Of a stretch of 33,014 nucleotides of DNA, positions 17,214-26,292 are shown piece after piece (position 1 is the stretch's first letter; each line of letters starts with the position of its first letter). Below the pieces are notes generated by a model. It ran no database searches, was not told the origin of the DNA, and saw only the letters and a program-made list of their open reading frames with translations. A program made the position numbers and the translations under genes. Source of the stretch: Bdellovibrionales bacterium (lineage in GTDB: Bacteria; Bdellovibrionota; Bdellovibrionia; Bdellovibrionales; JAMPXM01); contig JAYUEN010000425.1 of NCBI GenBank assembly GCA_043739185.1, forward strand, positions 1 to 33,014, written 5' to 3'.

Positions 17214-17879
17214 ATGTCTTTGAACCAAAAAATTATAAAATGCACAAAATGTCTTCGTCTGATTACATATTGTAAAAAAATTGCCATTGAAAAACGAAAT
17301 TCCTATGAGGACTGGGATTACTGGGGTAAACCCGTTGCAAATTTCGGGAGTTTCCCCTGTAAACTTCTAGTTGTTGGCTTAGCGCCAGCTGCACATGGCG
17401 CCAATCGTACCGGACGTATTTTTACCGGAGACAATTCAGGCTTATGGCTCTATCGAGCGCTGTTTCGAGTTGGCTTTGCAAGCCAAGAAAAATCCGAATC
17501 AAAGAATGATAGCCTCAATCTCATTGATGCATGCATCACCTGCGTTGCTCACTGTGCCCCTCCGCAAAATAAATTAACTCGCTCAGAGATTCTTAACTGC
17601 TCTGGCTTTCTGCGCGAAAGTCTCGAAGCCTCTCAAGCTCAGGTTATAGTGGCCTTGGGACGCGTGGCTTGGGATGCATGCCTTAAAGAATTCAAAACTA
17701 AAAATACTGAGTTAAAAAAGCCTGCCTTCAAACATGGACAAATTTGCAAAGTTCGAGAGCAATCAATTATTGCTAGCTATCATCCTAGCCAACAAAATAC
17801 TTTTACTAAGAAATTAACTGAAAAAATGTTTGATGAGATTTTCTTTAGAGTTAGGATCCTGTTAGATGAATCGTCTTGA
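17214..17879 (+). CDS. Uracil-DNA glycosylase, family 5 (UdgB-like, 4Fe-4S)
   Basis: CTKC, YWGKPV, GLAPAAHGANRTGRIFTGDNSG, CAPPQNK and SYHPSQQNT. Confidence 0.92.
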   Translation: MSLNQKIIKCTKCLRLITYCKKIAIEKRNSYEDWDYWGKPVANFGSFPCKLLVVGLAPAAHGANRTGRIFTGDNSGLWLYRALFRVGFASQEKSESKNDSLNLIDACITCVAHCAPPQNKLTRSEILNCSGFLRESLEASQAQVIVALGRVAWDACLKEFKTKNTELKKPAFKHGQICKVREQSIIASYHPSQQNTFTKKLTEKMFDEIFFRVRILLDESS

Positions 17880-18873
17880 TTTTCTCTTTCACTTTTTTGA
17901 GGATACTTTCAGGCAAGGGTGCATAAAATAAAGCTGGCGCAAGGCTCTGTCCCCTCGTCATCATCCAATTGAGTACTTTTATAAGTTCAGTACCCTTTGC
18001 TTTTTCTAGTTCTTTATAAACTAATAAAAAAGTCATTGCCGATATGGGATAGCTACCTACGCCTTCGGCGTTTGTCATTGAAACCCGAAAATCACTGGGC
18101 ATTGATTTGGCGATACCAGCCGCTGCGGCCGTAACCGAAGCCAATGTTGGCTTAACAAATTTCCCGGCTTGATTTTTTATTTCATCAATTGCCATATGCT
18201 CTTGCTCTGCAAAAACCAGTTCAACATAGCCTAAAGCTCCGGGGGTATTCTTAACCACTGAGGCTACCCCTTGATTGCCTTTATTGCCCTGGCCCACCGG
18301 CCATTTAACCGACTTTCCCGTGCCAACTTTACTTTTAAACGCAGCACTTACTTTAGATAAGTACTCAGTAAAAACATTCGTTGTACCTGAAGAATCCGCG
18401 CGATAAACTACGACGACATCGAGATTGGGTAAGTTTTTACCCTTATTAACTTCTGCTATTTTCGAATCATTCCATTTTGTAATTTCGCCCAAAAACAAGC
18501 CAGCAAGTATTTCAGGGGTGAGTTTGAGTTCAATTTTCTCTGACCCCAAATTTTGGGTTACAACAACCGCACCCATTACGGTAGGAATATGCAAAATCTC
18601 TTTTTTGCCCTTCATTTCTTCATCGGTCATAGGCGCATCGCTGGCACCAAAATCAACTGTTTGCTCAAGCAGATTTTTGATTCCACCACCACTCCCAATG
18701 GGATTATAGGTAATTTCTATTTTTGGATTTTCAGCCTTATAGTCCAAAAAACATTTTTGATAATAGGGCGCCGGAAAAGTGGCCCCTGCTCCGAGTATCG
18801 ACTGGGTTTGCTCGGCTTGAGCTGGCAAGGTAAATACTGTAAGGAATGAAAAAATTAGAATTATGAGCTTCAT
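17851..18873 (-). CDS. pstS: Phosphate ABC transporter substrate-binding protein PstS
   Basis: GAGATFPAPYY, GSGGGI, DFGASD, RADSSGTT, GYVEL and YPIS. The SD GGAGG before the ATG at 18873 favours this start; signal peptide ends in AQA. Confidence 0.95.
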   Translation of the reverse strand: MKLIILIFSFLTVFTLPAQAEQTQSILGAGATFPAPYYQKCFLDYKAENPKIEITYNPIGSGGGIKNLLEQTVDFGASDAPMTDEEMKGKKEILHIPTVMGAVVVTQNLGSEKIELKLTPEILAGLFLGEITKWNDSKIAEVNKGKNLPNLDVVVVYRADSSGTTNVFTEYLSKVSAAFKSKVGTGKSVKWPVGQGNKGNQGVASVVKNTPGALGYVELVFAEQEHMAIDEIKNQAGKFVKPTLASVTAAAAGIAKSMPSDFRVSMTNAEGVGSYPISAMTFLLVYKELEKAKGTELIKVLNWMMTRGQSLAPALFYAPLPESILKKVKEKIKTIHLTGS

Positions 18874-18972
18874 TTCGGCCTCCATTATAGAATATTAAAT
18901 TAGTATGAAAAAAACCCAATGAAAAGCCACTTTGTGTTTGATTTTGGTTAGGGATCAGCCAAGTATTAAGGA

Positions 18973-19908
18973 ATGAGCCAAATAGCAGCGATTGACATCG
19001 GATCCAATGCTTTACGTCTTGTTATCGGAAGCCTTGATTCACATCAAGAAATACAAATTACTAAAAAATTTCGCGAACCCGTAAGATTGGGCCAAGATGT
19101 CTTTGCTAGTGGAATTATTGGCAAACGAACTACTTCTTTGGCAATTGAGAGTTTTGCGCGCTTTCGACGTATCATCGACCAAAATGCTGTGACTCATATG
19201 ATGGCGATTGCAACCAGCGCACTGAGAGAGGCCAAAAACCGCATAGAATTTATCGATGAAGTTTTTCAAAAAACCGGAATTCTTATAAAGTGTATTGATG
19301 GCGAAGAAGAAGCCCGATTGATTTATCGCGCGATCGATCAAAAATTAAACTTGAAAAACCGCAATGCGATGATCGTAGACATCGGAGGCGGAAGTGTTGA
19401 AGTGATCATTTCAATTGCCGGGCGGGTCAGGGGGATGCAGTCTTTTAAAATTGGAACGGTCCGACTTTTACAAATGATGCAGGAACGTCACCTTAAAGAA
19501 AAAAATATTCAAATCTTACTCAATGAGAAAATGATCGAGGTTCGAAAATTTATCAATGATACTATAAAGGGACGGGCCATTGATTTGTGCATTGGTACCG
19601 GAGGTAATTTTGAATGTTTGGGGAAATTACGTGTAGCTCTTTTAAACAAGACCTCTATTTATAGCATGAGTGCGCATGAGCTTGAAGAGCTGCAAATTCA
19701 TTTGATGAGTATGACATTAAAAGAACGCATACAGTTTTTAAGAATCAAACCTGATCGGGCCGATGTCATTGTACCAGCTAGCCTAGTCGGCTTGATGATC
19801 ATGAATTTTTCAGATTGTGAATTGCTCTCAATACCCTTTGTGGGCTTGCGAGACGGAGTCTTGCTTGAATTGAGCGAAAATCTAACTCCTTCTTCAATTA
19901 GAGCCTAG
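18973..19908 (+). CDS. ppx: Ppx/GppA family exopolyphosphatase, short form (ASKHA domains only)
   Basis: AAIDIGSNALRL, ATSALREA, GEEEA, DIGGGSVE, GTGG, RADVI and GLRDG. Confidence 0.9.
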   Translation: MSQIAAIDIGSNALRLVIGSLDSHQEIQITKKFREPVRLGQDVFASGIIGKRTTSLAIESFARFRRIIDQNAVTHMMAIATSALREAKNRIEFIDEVFQKTGILIKCIDGEEEARLIYRAIDQKLNLKNRNAMIVDIGGGSVEVIISIAGRVRGMQSFKIGTVRLLQMMQERHLKEKNIQILLNEKMIEVRKFINDTIKGRAIDLCIGTGGNFECLGKLRVALLNKTSIYSMSAHELEELQIHLMSMTLKERIQFLRIKPDRADVIVPASLVGLMIMNFSDCELLSIPFVGLRDGVLLELSENLTPSSIRA

Positions 19909-20391
19909 ATGAAAAATTTGAGCGTTCGAGAAGCAAAAAAATCCGACATCCCCTTTCTTTTAAGTTTAATCAAAGAGCTCGCCCAGTTCGAAAAACTTTA
20001 TCAAGAGGTAAAAGCAACCGAAGTCGAGTTAAGTAAATATCTTTTTGAAAAAGAGCCAAAGGCTTTTGTTCTTATTGCTGAAAACAATGATCAAGCTATT
20101 GGCTTTGCGCTTTATTTCTATAATTTCTCTACTTTTTTAGCAAAACCAGGAATTTATTTAGAAGATCTTTATGTCAAAGAAGACTTTCGATCACTCGGCG
20201 CCGGAGCGCTTTTATTAAAAACTTTGGCACAAATTGCAAGCGCCAATCAATGCGGAAGGCTTGAGTGGTCGGTTTTAGACTGGAATCAAAAAGCAATTGA
20301 TTTTTATTTAAAACTCGGCGCCGTCCCAATGAATGATTGGACACTTTATCGCATGAATCAACGCGCAATTGCAAAGCTCGCTGAAACTTAA
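19909..20391 (+). CDS. GNAT acetyltransferase, spermidine/spermine (SSAT / diamine) acetyltransferase-like
   Basis: LIKELAQFEK, NFSTF, YLEDLYV...RSLGAG and EWSVLDWNQKAIDFY. Confidence 0.85.
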   Translation: MKNLSVREAKKSDIPFLLSLIKELAQFEKLYQEVKATEVELSKYLFEKEPKAFVLIAENNDQAIGFALYFYNFSTFLAKPGIYLEDLYVKEDFRSLGAGALLLKTLAQIASANQCGRLEWSVLDWNQKAIDFYLKLGAVPMNDWTLYRMNQRAIAKLAET

Positions 20392-20398
20392 ACTGCCA

Positions 20399-20959
20399 CT
20401 AAGACTCTAAAGATCTGAGATGCGAGGGCTTCATAAACCATAATAGTTGAGCCTTTATATCCGCTGGCCGAAAATAGAGTTCAAGGCAGGCCGCACCACC
20501 CTTTTTAAACTCAAAAATATTTTCAGCTCTGCCGGTTAAAAGAAAAGATAAAAGTGCGCTCAAATGAGGCTCATGACCAACGGCCGCCAGCGTAAAGGAC
20601 TCGTCATTACTAAAATTTGTTTTAAGCCAATTGCAAAAAGCAATCGGATTGGCATTTGGCTTTAGCTCCGTTAATTTTTCAGGAATGAGATTGTCTGCGG
20701 CTTGAATGCGGCTAGAAAGTGTCAATTCAGAGTCTTTAAATTTATTAATTTGCAATTTTTGAATAAGAATTTCTGCGGTTTGAATTGCCCGCACCAGTGG
20801 CGAGGCAATGACCTGATCAATTTGTGGTTCAGCTTTTATCAAACCCGACGAAATCTTTTTAAACTTCTTTGTTCCGTCCGCGGTTAACTTACGCTCTTCA
20901 TCTGAGTCGGCTTCAAAAATGTCCTCGGCAATGCCATGTCTAATCAATATTAATTTCAC
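20399..20959 (-). CDS. sixA: Phosphohistidine phosphatase SixA
   Basis: LIRHGIAE, R.LT..G, SPLVRAIQTAE, VGHEP and KKGG. GTGA overlap with the ppk1 stop. Confidence 0.88.
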   Translation of the reverse strand: MKLILIRHGIAEDIFEADSDEERKLTADGTKKFKKISSGLIKAEPQIDQVIASPLVRAIQTAEILIQKLQINKFKDSELTLSSRIQAADNLIPEKLTELKPNANPIAFCNWLKTNFSNDESFTLAAVGHEPHLSALLSFLLTGRAENIFEFKKGGAACLELYFRPADIKAQLLWFMKPSHLRSLES

Positions 20960-23148
20960 TTAAATGGACCAACCGCGATGGTCGGTACTCCTCCATTTAT
21001 ATTTTGTAGAACAGCCGGCTGACAATGTAGCGCGGTTAACTTCATCAATTGCTCATGAGAACCCAATTCGTCTTTATGAGTTGGTTTCGCTTGAGTATAG
21101 GAGCCATCGGAATGCAGGGTCCATTTGCTCCGATTATCTTGCAACATCACATTTAATATTTCGACAAGTCGCGCACGAAGAGGCTTGGGTTCGATTGGGA
21201 CAAGGGTTTCAATGCGAGCGAGTAAATTTCGATACATGAGATCAGCTGATCCAATATAAAATGTTCCGCCCAAAGGATCGGTTTCGCCATTTGCAAAATA
21301 AAATATTCTCGAATGTTCGAGAAATCGTCCGATAACAGAGAACACTCGAATGTTTTCGCTTAGGCCAGGGACTCCGGGCCTAAGACAACAAAAGCCCCTG
21401 ACAATGAGATCTATTTTAACTCCGGCTCGAGAGGCCTCATAAAAAGCCCGACAGATTGTACTTTCATCAAGGCTATTACATTTTACAATGATGTGTGCTG
21501 GCTTTCCTAGTTTAGCGTTTGCGATCTCTTTGTGGATCAAATCTAAAAACTGATCGCGCATACTCACAGGCGCCACTAAGAGTTTATTGTATTTTCTCTT
21601 TAAACTTCGTCCGGTTAAGAAATGAAAGAGCTCGACCACATCTTCGGTTAGTACAGGATCACAAGTGAAATACCCAAGATCCGTATAAAGCTTCGCAGTA
21701 TCTTTGTGATAGTTTCCGGTACCGAGATGAACATAGCATTGAGGACCGTTCGCTTCAGAACGAACTACCAGCGTGGTTTTGGCATGGGTTTTAAGGCCCA
21801 CCACACCGTATACCACATGCACGCCCGCATTTTCTAATTCTTGAGCCCAATGAATATTTCGCTCTTCATCAAATCGCGCCTTTAATTCAATCAATACCAC
21901 CACTTGTTTACCAGACTCTGCCGCGCGAATAAGAAGTGGAATAAAAGGTGAATTATCGCCGGTTCGGTACAAAGTCATTTTGATAGCAAGAACCTTAGAG
22001 TCTTCAATGGCTGATCTAATAAATTTTTCGACACTTGCAGTGAAACTTTCAAACGGATGATGTACTAAAATGTCACCGGCCCGAATACAATCAAAAATAT
22101 TTTTTTGCTCATCATGAAAAGCCACTGGAACCAATGGGCTCCAATTTGAGTATTTGAGATTTTCAAGTGGTAGATCGGCTATGACTTTTAAATCCGTATA
22201 GTCTAACAACTCATTTAACTCAAATACTTCACTTTGGGTAAGTTCTAGTTCCTCCATCAGAAATTGCAGCATCCAAGGGTCAGGATTCGGACCATGTTCA
22301 AGCCTTACGACTTCAGCAAAGCGTCTTTGCTTTACTTCTTCTACGACCATTTCAAGCAAATCTTCCGCATCATCATCTGAACTCTCAACATCGGCATTGC
22401 GAGTGATTCTAAAAAACATGACTCCCAAAACTTCCATATCTGGAAATAACTCTTTGAGATTCTCGCTCAGAATCTCAAGTAGGCTTACAAACCGAAATGG
22501 GTCCTGTGAAGGGTCTTCTGAACGAACCCTTACAAATTGCGGAAAAATTTTCGGCACCTTCATGCGCGCAAAGAGTTTTTCCTCGCGCTCCGGATGTTTG
22601 AGTGTAATGCCGAGTGAAGTCGATAAATTTGAGATAAATGGAAATGGCAAACCAGGGTCAACTGCTAGTGGAGTCAAAATCGGAAATATATGACTCTTAA
22701 AATATTGCTTGGCAAAGGTCTTTTCAAAATCTGACAGTTCAGACCATTTCAAGAGTCGAACTGAATTTTTAGCAAGTTCAGGTAAAATAACTTTGCGATA
22801 GTTCTGCGATTGGGCCTCAAGCAGCGGTAAAATTTTAGCGCGTATTGCGGCCAATTGTTGAATGGGAGTTAGTCCGCCGGATTTTCTCTGAACATTGGCC
22901 TCTACCCGATGTTTCAAGCCCCCGACTCGCTTCATAAAAAATTCATCTAGATTGGAGTTAAAAATGCCAAAAAATCGCACGCGCTCAAGTAACGGGGTAC
23001 GCGCATCTAAGGCTTCGTGCAGTACTCTCGCATTGAATTCGAGCCACTCAATCTCCCGATTAAAAAATTCGAGCGGTTGCTCATCAGGAAGCAAGTCTTC
23101 GGGCTTTTTTTTCTTCGAAGTCCTAGGTTTATGAGCTTTACTTGTCAT
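20956..23148 (-). CDS. ppk1: Polyphosphate kinase 1
   Basis: NREIEWLEFNARVL, SNLDEFFMKRV, HHPFESF, KMTLYR, ELKARFDEE, KTHAK, GRFLEHSR and GSADLM. SD GAGGA before the ATG at 23148. Confidence 0.96.
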   Translation of the reverse strand: MTSKAHKPRTSKKKKPEDLLPDEQPLEFFNREIEWLEFNARVLHEALDARTPLLERVRFFGIFNSNLDEFFMKRVGGLKHRVEANVQRKSGGLTPIQQLAAIRAKILPLLEAQSQNYRKVILPELAKNSVRLLKWSELSDFEKTFAKQYFKSHIFPILTPLAVDPGLPFPFISNLSTSLGITLKHPEREEKLFARMKVPKIFPQFVRVRSEDPSQDPFRFVSLLEILSENLKELFPDMEVLGVMFFRITRNADVESSDDDAEDLLEMVVEEVKQRRFAEVVRLEHGPNPDPWMLQFLMEELELTQSEVFELNELLDYTDLKVIADLPLENLKYSNWSPLVPVAFHDEQKNIFDCIRAGDILVHHPFESFTASVEKFIRSAIEDSKVLAIKMTLYRTGDNSPFIPLLIRAAESGKQVVVLIELKARFDEERNIHWAQELENAGVHVVYGVVGLKTHAKTTLVVRSEANGPQCYVHLGTGNYHKDTAKLYTDLGYFTCDPVLTEDVVELFHFLTGRSLKRKYNKLLVAPVSMRDQFLDLIHKEIANAKLGKPAHIIVKCNSLDESTICRAFYEASRAGVKIDLIVRGFCCLRPGVPGLSENIRVFSVIGRFLEHSRIFYFANGETDPLGGTFYIGSADLMYRNLLARIETLVPIEPKPLRARLVEILNVMLQDNRSKWTLHSDGSYTQAKPTHKDELGSHEQLMKLTALHCQPAVLQNINGGVPTIAVGPFK

Positions 23149-23424
23149 TTGGGTCCTCAAGCGCCAATTTAATCTATTCTTCCTAAGTCTTCAAAGGCAT
23201 TTAGCCATCCTTGCTGAAATCTGACACAAGCTCGCTTACGGCCTATTTAAATAGTATATCATCACGCTATTCACGCTTACAGGGGCTCAGAATTGTAAAA
23301 TACTGGGTATTTTTTTTAGGGCGTTTTCAAAGAGTGCGGCTTAAATGATGGGCGACAGTGGCCTTAGGCTTGCTCTAAACCAAGCCTGAATACCCTGTTT
23401 GAATTACTTAGGAAGGCCGATTCA

Positions 23425-24507
23425 ATGGTGTTAAAGCCCATTCAAGAACTACTTTTCAAAGCCTCATTTGTCGCTTTAAGCTTAATGCTGTGGTCTTGCG
23501 TTAATTATAAACAAGGTGACTATTCAAAACCCGAGAACCACAAAAATCAAGAAAATAGCATTCCTAAAATGGATTTCAGAACCAGGGCCATCCTAATCAA
23601 TCCACCTGTAATAGCTAAAATTGGCGATTCGAAAGACACCCCACACCAAAGCTGTGCACAGTTTGGCAAAGTGCTTTGGAAACCAAAAAATACAAAGATA
23701 AATATTCAACCAAAAAAAGGCTATCCGCGAGATTTACAAAATGAATTTGAAAAATCAATATCCAATAGCGACGACAATCAAAAGCCCAATCAAAAGACAA
23801 GAGCTCGTATTAAACTCTCAAAAAATGAGTTCATACTACAAAAAGATGATCTGACACTTTATAAAAATAATCCCGACCCGCTCGAAGTCATTGAGAGCCT
23901 CAATCTCTTTTCACCTGAAATATTACCTCGTAAAATTTCAGGTGAAATGAATCTCGGACAAACTCCAAGTATGCTTTTAAGATATGCTAAGACTTTAAAT
24001 GACGACGTAAATTATAAAATCACTAGCGTGACCAGTCTTAGTAAAATTCCCGGAGGCTTCTTTGGTGAAAATTTACAGGCTGTGCGAGACAACTCCTGCA
24101 AGGCTCATCTCGTTAGTGGAATACACTATGGCGCAGCTCTTTCAATTGCTCTTAGTTTTAAATTTGTAAAAATTGAAGATCGCTTACAATTTGAAAAAGA
24201 ATTTGGACCAGACCTAGCCTTTTCAGCCTCGAGCAATGATGTGAAGGATGAAAAAATGAGTATACGACTCAAGGCTATGAACGTAAGTATTGAAATGAAC
24301 GTCGCACAAATCGGCGGGGATATTGAAAAAACAAAACAACTGCTTCCGCAATTATCTTGCCACATTGAAAATTTAGAATCTTGTCGCGAAGCCAGAAGAA
24401 AATTAATTGAATTCTTCTTTAATGTCGAACTCAGTCCCCCAGTATCACCAGACCAGGCCAATGGCTGGATGCCGGTAAATCTCGAAAGCCTTTCTCTAGG
24501 TAACTAG
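23425..24507 (+). CDS. Putative lipoprotein with a MACPF/CDC-like motif
   Basis: Lipobox LWSC at residue 25; C.AHLVSGIHYGAAL and VAQIGGD motifs; C-x6-C near the C-terminus. The CDS is well supported; the function is tentative. Confidence 0.55.
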   Translation: MVLKPIQELLFKASFVALSLMLWSCVNYKQGDYSKPENHKNQENSIPKMDFRTRAILINPPVIAKIGDSKDTPHQSCAQFGKVLWKPKNTKINIQPKKGYPRDLQNEFEKSISNSDDNQKPNQKTRARIKLSKNEFILQKDDLTLYKNNPDPLEVIESLNLFSPEILPRKISGEMNLGQTPSMLLRYAKTLNDDVNYKITSVTSLSKIPGGFFGENLQAVRDNSCKAHLVSGIHYGAALSIALSFKFVKIEDRLQFEKEFGPDLAFSASSNDVKDEKMSIRLKAMNVSIEMNVAQIGGDIEKTKQLLPQLSCHIENLESCREARRKLIEFFFNVELSPPVSPDQANGWMPVNLESLSLGN

Positions 24508-24605
24508 TGTTACGATAGGAGAGTTTCTAGCCTTAATTAAAAAGGCGATTTTCACGAAGAGAAGGCTTAAGGACCCGTCTAAACATCACTACGGGGGAAG
24601 TAGCT

Positions 24606-25151
24606 ATGAGACGTAAACTTCTTGAGAATGAAAAAATCGTAAAAAAATGGGGCCAGCTCAATCTTTCGACTCACCGTTTGTGGATTGAGGCCGGTGATGA
24701 AGATAATTATTTTCTCAATTCACTTGAGCTTCATCAAATTCAAGGGCATTCGATTTTGAAATATAGCAATCGATTTTTGTTAACCCTTGGGCTACTTTGT
24801 TTTTTCGCATGTCCGCTCTCTGTTATCGCGCTTAAATTTGCTTCGAAAGAGTTATCGATGGGGCTTTCGCCGGTTACTTATAACTATCTTTTCATGGCCT
24901 GCGGATTCACTTTATTAATTATGGGGCTCAATTTTTTCTGGAGATTTTCAAATAGCCGAAGTTTGACTCTCAACTTTCAAGCCGGCCCCCGCAATATTTA
25001 TTTTCGTTTGACCGGTGAATTTGCCCGGATAGAAGATGCTTTGGGCTTTTCAAATGCCGTTGATGCTCAGATTTATCAGCTTCGTGAAAAGCCCGTTGAG
25101 CAACCCGCTGCAGTTGATGCCGAAAGACCCCGTAGCTTTAAACTTTCATAG
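24606..25151 (+). CDS. Hypothetical membrane protein (two TM helices)
   Basis: Two hydrophobic segments (FLLTLGLLCFFACPLSVIAL and YLFMACGFTLLIMGLNFFW); SD-like GGGGG. Confidence 0.65.
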   Translation: MRRKLLENEKIVKKWGQLNLSTHRLWIEAGDEDNYFLNSLELHQIQGHSILKYSNRFLLTLGLLCFFACPLSVIALKFASKELSMGLSPVTYNYLFMACGFTLLIMGLNFFWRFSNSRSLTLNFQAGPRNIYFRLTGEFARIEDALGFSNAVDAQIYQLREKPVEQPAAVDAERPRSFKLS

Positions 25152-25199
25152 TTTATCCTGACATTGAGTCGCATTTCAAAGTATGCTACAAAGCATGCT

Positions 25200-26270
25200 A
25201 TGAGCGATATGTTTGAAAAACCTGCCAATCCTTTGAGTGAAAATTCCTTCCTTCGAAGTAGAATTTTGCACCCACGACGTTTAAAAGCGATGAAAATGCG
25301 AAGCCTAATCGAAACAGGGGTACGCGAATATTTTCTAAATCTCGATTTCCTTGAAGTTCGCACTCCACTACTTGTTAAATCTCCCGGGATGGAAGCCCAT
25401 ATCGATCCCTTTGAACTCAGTAACGGAAGCTTTCTCCCTAGCTCACCAGAGCTTTCAATGAAAAAGCTCTTAGTTGGGGGCCTTGAGAGAATATTTCAAT
25501 TAGGTCCTGCCTTTCGCGACGAAGTGTTTTCAAAACATCATCGACCTGAATTCACGATGCTTGAATTCTACCGCGCCAATTCAAGCTATCTAGCTATTCA
25601 AAATGACTTTGAAAAGCTCGTTGAGTTTTTAGCCCTTAAGATTAGGGGAAAAGCTTTGCTTGATTTCGAGGGAAAAGAAATAGATGTGAGCACTCCTTGG
25701 CCAAGATTTCGCATAAATGATTTGTTTATAAAACATCTTGGCATCGATTTGAGCCAGGAGAAAACCCGCGATCAATTGTTTACTCGAGCTAAACAAATTG
25801 GACTTTACGTCGATGACACTGACAGTTGGGACGAAATATATTTTCGCATATGGCTTGAGCACATCGAAAAATCCTTACCCTCTGAACGCGCCATTTTGAT
25901 CACGCATTATCCGGCTTCTCAGGCTGCACTTGCCAATATTGAGATTTGTGAAGATGGCCCCTGGGCCAAACGCTTTGAGGCTTATATTGGCGGTATTGAG
26001 CTTTGCAATGGCTTTGATGAGCTCACCGATGCCGCTGAACAACGAACTCGATTCAATCAAGAATTAGCTTTAAGACGCCAACTCGTGGGTACAGGCAAAG
26101 CACCCATAAGCCCAATTGACGAAGAATTCTTACTAGCTCTTGAGGAGGGCATGCCCCCCTCAGGCGGGGTCGCCGTCGGCATAGATCGCCTCATTATGCT
26201 CTTTGCTGATGAACCCGATATCGAATACTGCTTTTGGCTAAATCCCTTCGACCCCAAGGTCAATGCTTAG
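25200..26270 (+). CDS. epmA: EF-P lysine aminoacylase EpmA (GenX/PoxA)
   Basis: FLEVRTP, SSPELSMKKLL, H.PEFTMLEFYR, YPASQAALA, RFEAYIGGIELCNGFDELTD and GMPPSGGVAVGIDRL; no anticodon-binding domain. The start is uncertain (25164, 25200 or 25209). Confidence 0.93.
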   Translation: MSDMFEKPANPLSENSFLRSRILHPRRLKAMKMRSLIETGVREYFLNLDFLEVRTPLLVKSPGMEAHIDPFELSNGSFLPSSPELSMKKLLVGGLERIFQLGPAFRDEVFSKHHRPEFTMLEFYRANSSYLAIQNDFEKLVEFLALKIRGKALLDFEGKEIDVSTPWPRFRINDLFIKHLGIDLSQEKTRDQLFTRAKQIGLYVDDTDSWDEIYFRIWLEHIEKSLPSERAILITHYPASQAALANIEICEDGPWAKRFEAYIGGIELCNGFDELTDAAEQRTRFNQELALRRQLVGTGKAPISPIDEEFLLALEEGMPPSGGVAVGIDRLIMLFADEPDIEYCFWLNPFDPKVNA

Positions 26271-26292
26271 GGATCGCGCTTCAATTCAAAGG

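Noticed and set aside
17851..17879. Convergent 3' overlaps (udg/pstS 29 bp; sohB/MFS 8 bp)
   Set aside because: Short tail-to-tail overlaps are common in compact genomes.
18884..18925. Possible PHO box (TTTTCAT-N4-ATTTAAT) and TATAAT upstream of pstS
   Set aside because: The match is degenerate and lies in AT-rich DNA, the spacing to the -10 box is non-canonical, and the TATAAT abuts the SD sequence.
25200..26270. epmA without adjacent efp or epmB
   Set aside because: These genes are often unlinked, and their absence from one window says little.
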